Shown here: positions 59,537 through 64,000 of the stretch, piece by piece
How the letters are laid out: each line of letters starts with the position of its first letter
How positions within the stretch are numbered: the first letter of the stretch is position 1
Source: Thermoproteota archaeon
GTDB lineage: Archaea > Asgardarchaeota > Jordiarchaeia > Jordiarchaeales > Freyrarchaeaceae
Direction: 5' to 3'
Assembly (NCBI GenBank): GCA_029258835.1
Contig: JAPDJY010000053.1
Location: 14,006 to 78,005, forward strand
DNA length: 64,000 nt
The notes under the pieces: generated by a model
The model's input: only the letters and a program-made list of their open reading frames with translations
Database searches by the model: none
What the model was told of the DNA's origin: nothing
Translations under genes and position numbers: made by a program

Positions 59537-60049
59537 TTAAATTTTTAATCGTAGCTCGTGTCTGCAGCACTCGTCGCCTGAAGCTTTACACTTAGTCTCC
59601 CAAGATTCAGCCTCAAACCCCCTCATAATGCACACTTCCGTAAAGATGCCATCAACGGAATTGCAGAACTTTAATCCTTTAAACTCGTCCGGTAGAGAGA
59701 TCCCCTTGCAGAGAGGGCAGTTGTAATCCTCATAGACGATCTTCTTCTCTTCAGGGATAACGTAGATCTTATCGAAGCTTTTACCGGTGTAAAAGTAGTA
59801 AGCAAAGTTATAGGTTTTTGAGAATTCATAAAACTCAATGGCATGCTTACCTATTCTTTCAGCGTACTTTGTAAGCATCCTTCTACCCATTTTCCGTCCG
59901 ATTTCCCAGAGAACCTTAGAGGCTTTGTCAACATCCCCATTTTCAAGTTCTAAGATATAGTCGACTGTTCCGCTGACAAAGGATACGAAAGCATCCAAGT
60001 TGAGCTTATCTGCTATTACATGCCAGGCAACCCATCCCTTCATTCCCAA
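59537..60049 (-). CDS. V4R-domain protein
   Basis: IGRKMG, CPLC, FC..DG, ETKCKASGDECC. Confidence 0.85.
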   Translation of the reverse strand: MGMKGWVAWHVIADKLNLDAFVSFVSGTVDYILELENGDVDKASKVLWEIGRKMGRRMLTKYAERIGKHAIEFYEFSKTYNFAYYFYTGKSFDKIYVIPEEKKIVYEDYNCPLCKGISLPDEFKGLKFCNSVDGIFTEVCIMRGFEAESWETKCKASGDECCRHELRLKI

Positions 60050-60165
60050 ATTTTAAGTCCCCCTGAAGTGGAGATTCTTAAAAATGAATTGGACATTCAA
60101 AACTAAAAAGTTTTTCCGGAAAGAGGCCGTTTTATTGGGGGAATTGATGTTGAAATGGCGTCCGA

Positions 60166-60888
60166 CTAATCTTTCTCTTTGGATCTGCTCCCCGCTGCTA
60201 TCTTTATTCCTCCATCTATGATTTTTATTTTTCTCTTTACCGGCAGTTTTCCTCTTCGACGTATTTCAACACAGTCCTTCTCTAGTAATATCAGCGTGTT
60301 TGCCAAGTGGAGGATTGCTTCTGTTTCGGCTTCTCCAGCTAGTTTCGGCTCTAAAAGAGCCAAGATAACATTGTCTGAAAGTTGAACCTTAGCTTTTAGA
60401 AAAGAGAGAAATCTTAACGTCGCCTTGGGTGTTGCAAGGGTTATAATAGATGAAAGGGAGTCTATTACTATGCGTACATGGGGGAGATGCGACAGTATGG
60501 AGATTGACTCGACTATTTTGGAGCTGAGCGCGGCGAGATCTGTTGGAGCAGGAACGTAAGATACCATGTCCGTGTCTTCAACCGTGAAATCAACGGTTGG
60601 ACGATAAAGGTCTATTATCTTGTAGCGGGGGGATTCACCTCCATACTTTGAAAGATCTAATCCTAGGTCTGATATCTCCGCCTCTATCTCTTCTGCAAAG
60701 TTAACCGTGGTGACGTATATTCCGCCATCTCCAAGCTCAAGCCCTTCACAGAAAAATTTCAGGGCGAAAAGCTCTTTACCCCCTAATGGTTCACCCACTA
60801 CTATGCAGAGAGATCCGGGGCGGAAACCGCCATCGAGAACACTGTCCAGCCCTCTTATTCCGGACTTCACAGGCCCCCCCTTAACCAT
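60166..60888 (-). CDS. KaiC/RAD55-family ATPase (degenerate)
   Basis: SGIRGLDSVLDGG, GEPLGGKE (Walker A lacks S/T), IVIDSLS. Confidence 0.85.
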   Translation of the reverse strand: MVKGGPVKSGIRGLDSVLDGGFRPGSLCIVVGEPLGGKELFALKFFCEGLELGDGGIYVTTVNFAEEIEAEISDLGLDLSKYGGESPRYKIIDLYRPTVDFTVEDTDMVSYVPAPTDLAALSSKIVESISILSHLPHVRIVIDSLSSIITLATPKATLRFLSFLKAKVQLSDNVILALLEPKLAGEAETEAILHLANTLILLEKDCVEIRRRGKLPVKRKIKIIDGGIKIAAGSRSKEKD

Positions 60889-60919
60889 TAAACGATCCTC
60901 CTACGACTGCCTCGCTCAA

Positions 60920-61279
60920 TTAAGGTATAGCCTCCACTATTAGCTTACCTATCTCACCCAGTTCCCTGAGAACTACGGCAGGGTCATTCTTAACCAGGAA
61001 TAGCAGAATTGCTTTCGGTCCGACGCCGACAATGACCATTTTTCCGCCTTCAACGTTAACGGTTAGGTGCCGTACCAGCCCTCTCCTCACCGTTTCAGCA
61101 GCTACTTCAGCAGCGCCCAGCATGGAAGCAGCCATGGCTGAAAGCCTGTTCGCATCCACGTCTTGAGGCATGACGTTTTCAAGGAGATTGCCATTCCTAG
61201 TGGCTGCGAGGCACCCTTCAACTCCCTCAAGTGCCTGAATTCTCATTAGAAGCTTCCTCAGCCTTTCCTTATACTCCAA
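60920..61279 (-). CDS. roadblock/LC7 (MglB-like) protein
   Basis: GVEGCLAATRNG, LSAMAASMLGAAE. Confidence 0.9.
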   Translation of the reverse strand: MEYKERLRKLLMRIQALEGVEGCLAATRNGNLLENVMPQDVDANRLSAMAASMLGAAEVAAETVRRGLVRHLTVNVEGGKMVIVGVGPKAILLFLVKNDPAVVLRELGEIGKLIVEAIP

Positions 61280-61292
61280 AAAAGCACCTCCT

Positions 61293-62435
61293 TCAAGCCG
61301 ATAGTATGTTTAACAGGACGTCTAACACAAGGGAGATGTTGACCCTATTCTTAGCACTACAGCCTACTACAGGGGTTGAGGGACCTAGCCCTAGTGCCTC
61401 CTTAACGTCCTTAGGAGACAGAGCCGACTCTAAATCTTGCTTGTTAGCCGCAACGACGAATGGCGTACCATGGCTTTCACATTTCTTAGCAAGCTCTACG
61501 GCCCTTCTAAAGCTTGAAGGATCTGCGCTGTCAACTACTAGGATGGCCCCCACGGCGCCATCAGCCATCTTGTCAACCATCGGGTCGAACTGCGGCTGCC
61601 CCGGGGTGCCGAAGAATTCCATGTAGAACCCTTTATAGTCAAGGGATCCGTGGTCGAGGGCGACCGTCGTTCCCATTCTTTCAACGCTGACGGCGTCCTC
61701 GGCGAGGGCGTGTATAAGCGTCGTTTTTCCGGCGTTGTAGGGGCCAAGGACTATGACCTTTGGAAGGTATACTCTAAGCTCTCCCGGTGAAATGATCTTT
61801 ATGGGGAAAGCGAGCTCTTCGAAGCTGGTGACCCAAGCTGCCTTCTTCACTCTCAACTCGTTCTCCACAAGGAGGGTTGGGTCTGGTTTAACCTCGAAAA
61901 CCCCGTCGAACAGGTTTGTTACCTCCCTTATCATCTCGCTGTCGTAAAACCATGACGAGAAGAGAGCTATCACCGTCGAGTCTCCTGTTGCCTCTAAGAG
62001 GCTAATTAGGGCTTCCATTTCATTCCCGTAAGCGTCTAGGAAGCTATTCACCGAGTCGAACACTAGAAGAGTGTTTTCAGAAGAGAGGGATAGCAGCGTT
62101 TCCCTTATGGAGTCCAGGTTATACGGGTCGACAACGTGTGCTTCAGAGCTTTCCAGGCCGCTAAGCTTTGAGTATGAGTCGACGAGGATGAACCTGCCTC
62201 TCTGCTCGTGCGACTCAAAGCTTAAACGGGCTTTCCTAGCTTGGCGCTTAACGCTCACAGGAGGCTTATTGTTCACCAGGTAAACAGTCCTGTAGCCCTC
62301 CTCCAGCCCCGCCTTAGCCACATGGATCCCTATAGTTGAAGGGTCTATGCTTGGCGACGTCATGAAGATACATCTTGAACCTCTTGGAAGGCCGCCCAGC
62401 CGACGGTCAAACATTGGAAGACGGAGACGGAGCAT
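61293..62435 (-). CDS. inactive KaiC/RAD55-like domain fused to an MglA-like small GTPase
   Basis: N-terminal GGLPRG..VFDS with no Walker A Lys; C-terminal GPYNAGKT, TTVALD, GTPGQ, NKQD, SAK. Confidence 0.88.
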   Translation of the reverse strand: MLRLRLPMFDRRLGGLPRGSRCIFMTSPSIDPSTIGIHVAKAGLEEGYRTVYLVNNKPPVSVKRQARKARLSFESHEQRGRFILVDSYSKLSGLESSEAHVVDPYNLDSIRETLLSLSSENTLLVFDSVNSFLDAYGNEMEALISLLEATGDSTVIALFSSWFYDSEMIREVTNLFDGVFEVKPDPTLLVENELRVKKAAWVTSFEELAFPIKIISPGELRVYLPKVIVLGPYNAGKTTLIHALAEDAVSVERMGTTVALDHGSLDYKGFYMEFFGTPGQPQFDPMVDKMADGAVGAILVVDSADPSSFRRAVELAKKCESHGTPFVVAANKQDLESALSPKDVKEALGLGPSTPVVGCSAKNRVNISLVLDVLLNILSA

Positions 62436-62453
62436 TCAGCAGTCACCAGTCCA

Positions 62454-63254
62454 TCAAAACAGGATTGATATGCCATCTTCAGATATGGAAAAACGCTTTT
62501 TACCCTCATAATGGGGGGAACCTCTCATCTTGTACACTTCGATGTACCTGCTTCTTTTATCACCTTCAGGCTCCCAGTAGAGGATGAAGACCCCATCAGC
62601 GAGAAACTCTTCCACTCCGAACCTAGTTATGCCCGGCTTACCATACTCTGTCTCGGTGACGAAAAGGGAAGTGCACCTATACCTTTTCAGCATGCTTGAA
62701 ATGATGTTCAACTCACGTCTGACAACCCCCGGATTACCGTACTGCAGAAAGAGGACGGAGATAGGATCTAGGACAACCCTTTTAACCCCTCCTTCCTTCA
62801 CTATGGCTTCTATCGTCGCGTAGAGTCCGTCAAGAGCGAAGACGTCAGGGTTGAGGGAGAGAGACTTCTCACCAACAGCAACCACGCTCAAATCAAGCAG
62901 GATGAGCTTATGCTGGTCTACCAGCTCATCAATACTCCAGTTAAAGTTCTTAGCGTTCCTGAGAAGGCTGTCAAGATGCTCTTCAAGAGAGATGTATAAA
63001 CCCGGCTCGTCAAACTCCGAAGCGCCACGATACAGGAATTCCAGACAAAAAATCGACTTGCCAGCCCCCGAAACCCCAGACACCAGGTAGGTGCCACCCC
63101 TAAAAAGGCCGCCTCTAACAAGCTCGTCGAACCCCTTAATCCCCGTCGGAACCCTACCCTTAACAGCCTCCACGAGCTCCTCCTCTATCTTAATCCGTTG
63201 CTTAAGCTCTGTTAGAAAGCCTGAGTCACCCTCCTTACTTCTCCCTCTCACCAA
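62454..63254 (-). CDS. KaiC-like single-domain ATPase
   Basis: TGIKGFD, GVSGAGKS, SLEE, VEEFLADG, KMRGS. Confidence 0.92.
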   Translation of the reverse strand: MVRGRSKEGDSGFLTELKQRIKIEEELVEAVKGRVPTGIKGFDELVRGGLFRGGTYLVSGVSGAGKSIFCLEFLYRGASEFDEPGLYISLEEHLDSLLRNAKNFNWSIDELVDQHKLILLDLSVVAVGEKSLSLNPDVFALDGLYATIEAIVKEGGVKRVVLDPISVLFLQYGNPGVVRRELNIISSMLKRYRCTSLFVTETEYGKPGITRFGVEEFLADGVFILYWEPEGDKRSRYIEVYKMRGSPHYEGKKRFSISEDGISILF

Positions 63255-63531
63255 GCGATTCTCCCTCCTTTAAGGCTTCGAGAACCACAATTAACTCCTC
63301 CTCCGTTGGCAACCCTATGAAACGCCAGTTGATCCCAACAATGTCTATCGTAGGAGTCGAGATAACCCCCTCCCTCACAGCCATCTCAGGGTTCTCGGAA
63401 ACGTCCACCTCTTCGATTTCAAGGTTCAGGTTCAGCTTCTTAAGGGATGACCGCACCGTCCTAAGCACCTGAGGATACCCCGGAGTGCGATTAGTTTTAA
63501 AGATGACTATTTTATATTTCTCGCTCTTCAC
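63235..63531 (-). CDS. thioredoxin-fold KaiB-like protein
   Basis: EVDVSENPEMA..EGVISTPTI..FIG, no CxxC; overlaps the KaiC-like gene. Confidence 0.7.
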   Translation of the reverse strand: MKSEKYKIVIFKTNRTPGYPQVLRTVRSSLKKLNLNLEIEEVDVSENPEMAVREGVISTPTIDIVGINWRFIGLPTEEELIVVLEALKEGESLGEREK

Positions 63532-63801
63532 GATCTCCCCCCATGAGCAGCAAAGCATTCCTTTCTCATAGCTATGGATAAACAACCTAATAAATACATC
63601 TAAAAATAAACGCATACAACCTAAATTTAAATGATCTAATGAAACCATCCCCAAGATTACACCAACCAGTTATTAGAACCCTTAGGCAGGCAACCCCAAA
63701 CCACCCACCCCACCCTCCACCCGGATTTTAAAGAAAAGTACTTACGTTACAGCAACACTAAAAATATTTTAGAAACATTCAAGGTTTTCTTCGAGGGAAA
63801 A

Positions 63802-64000
63802 ATGAAGGAGAATGACCCTTGCATCAAGAGGGGAGTGCTGCAGGAGGAGGCTGGTGGTGGGAAGGTAAGATGCCTTGTCTGCATGAGGAAGTGCGTCATA
63901 CCGGATGGTGGACTCGGGTTCTGCGGAACCAGAAGGAACGTTAAAGGGGAAATCCACACCCTAACCTACGGGGACATATCATCCATAAGCGTTAACCCAA
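63802..64000 (+). CDS. amrS: AmmeMemoRadiSam radical SAM enzyme, 5' part (runs off the window)
   Basis: own translation MKENDPC..VRCLVCMRKC..GFCGTRRN..TYG..SISVNP. Confidence 0.85.
   Translation, partial: MKENDPCIKRGVLQEEAGGGKVRCLVCMRKCVIPDGGLGFCGTRRNVKGEIHTLTYGDISSISVNP

Overview
Archaeal chromosomal window, very likely from an Asgard archaeon. That assignment is an inference from two Rab-like GTPases, roadblock and V4R proteins and TACK/Asgard-type housekeeping genes. A BpsA-like polyamine synthase and an AOR suggest a thermophilic anaerobe. The window holds about 60 mostly metabolic or housekeeping CDSs, including two Hdr clusters, leuB/leuC, hisS, cca-thpR-endA, speD-bpsA, AOR, a VapBC-type toxin-antitoxin pair and a KaiB/KaiC/small-GTPase/roadblock operon. 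Main finding: three protein-coding genes that the ORF track shows as broken (leuC, a GlcD-like FAD oxidoreductase and a membrane metal-dependent hydrolase) each carry a short hairpin insert of 29, 36 or 16 nt framed by a bulge-helix-bulge (BHB) motif. Cutting after the 2nd nucleotide of each 3-nt bulge restores a full-length in-frame protein in all three, which points to routine tRNA-endonuclease-type splicing of mRNAs. A fourth, frame-neutral candidate lies in a DUF362 gene. The window also has a tRNA-His(GUG) gene with three BHB introns, two of them separated by a single-nucleotide exon and apparently spliced in a fixed order. An EndA subunit lacking the catalytic His lies nearby. Several intergenic regions contain structured RNA candidates. 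All folding and alignments were done by eye and no searches were run.
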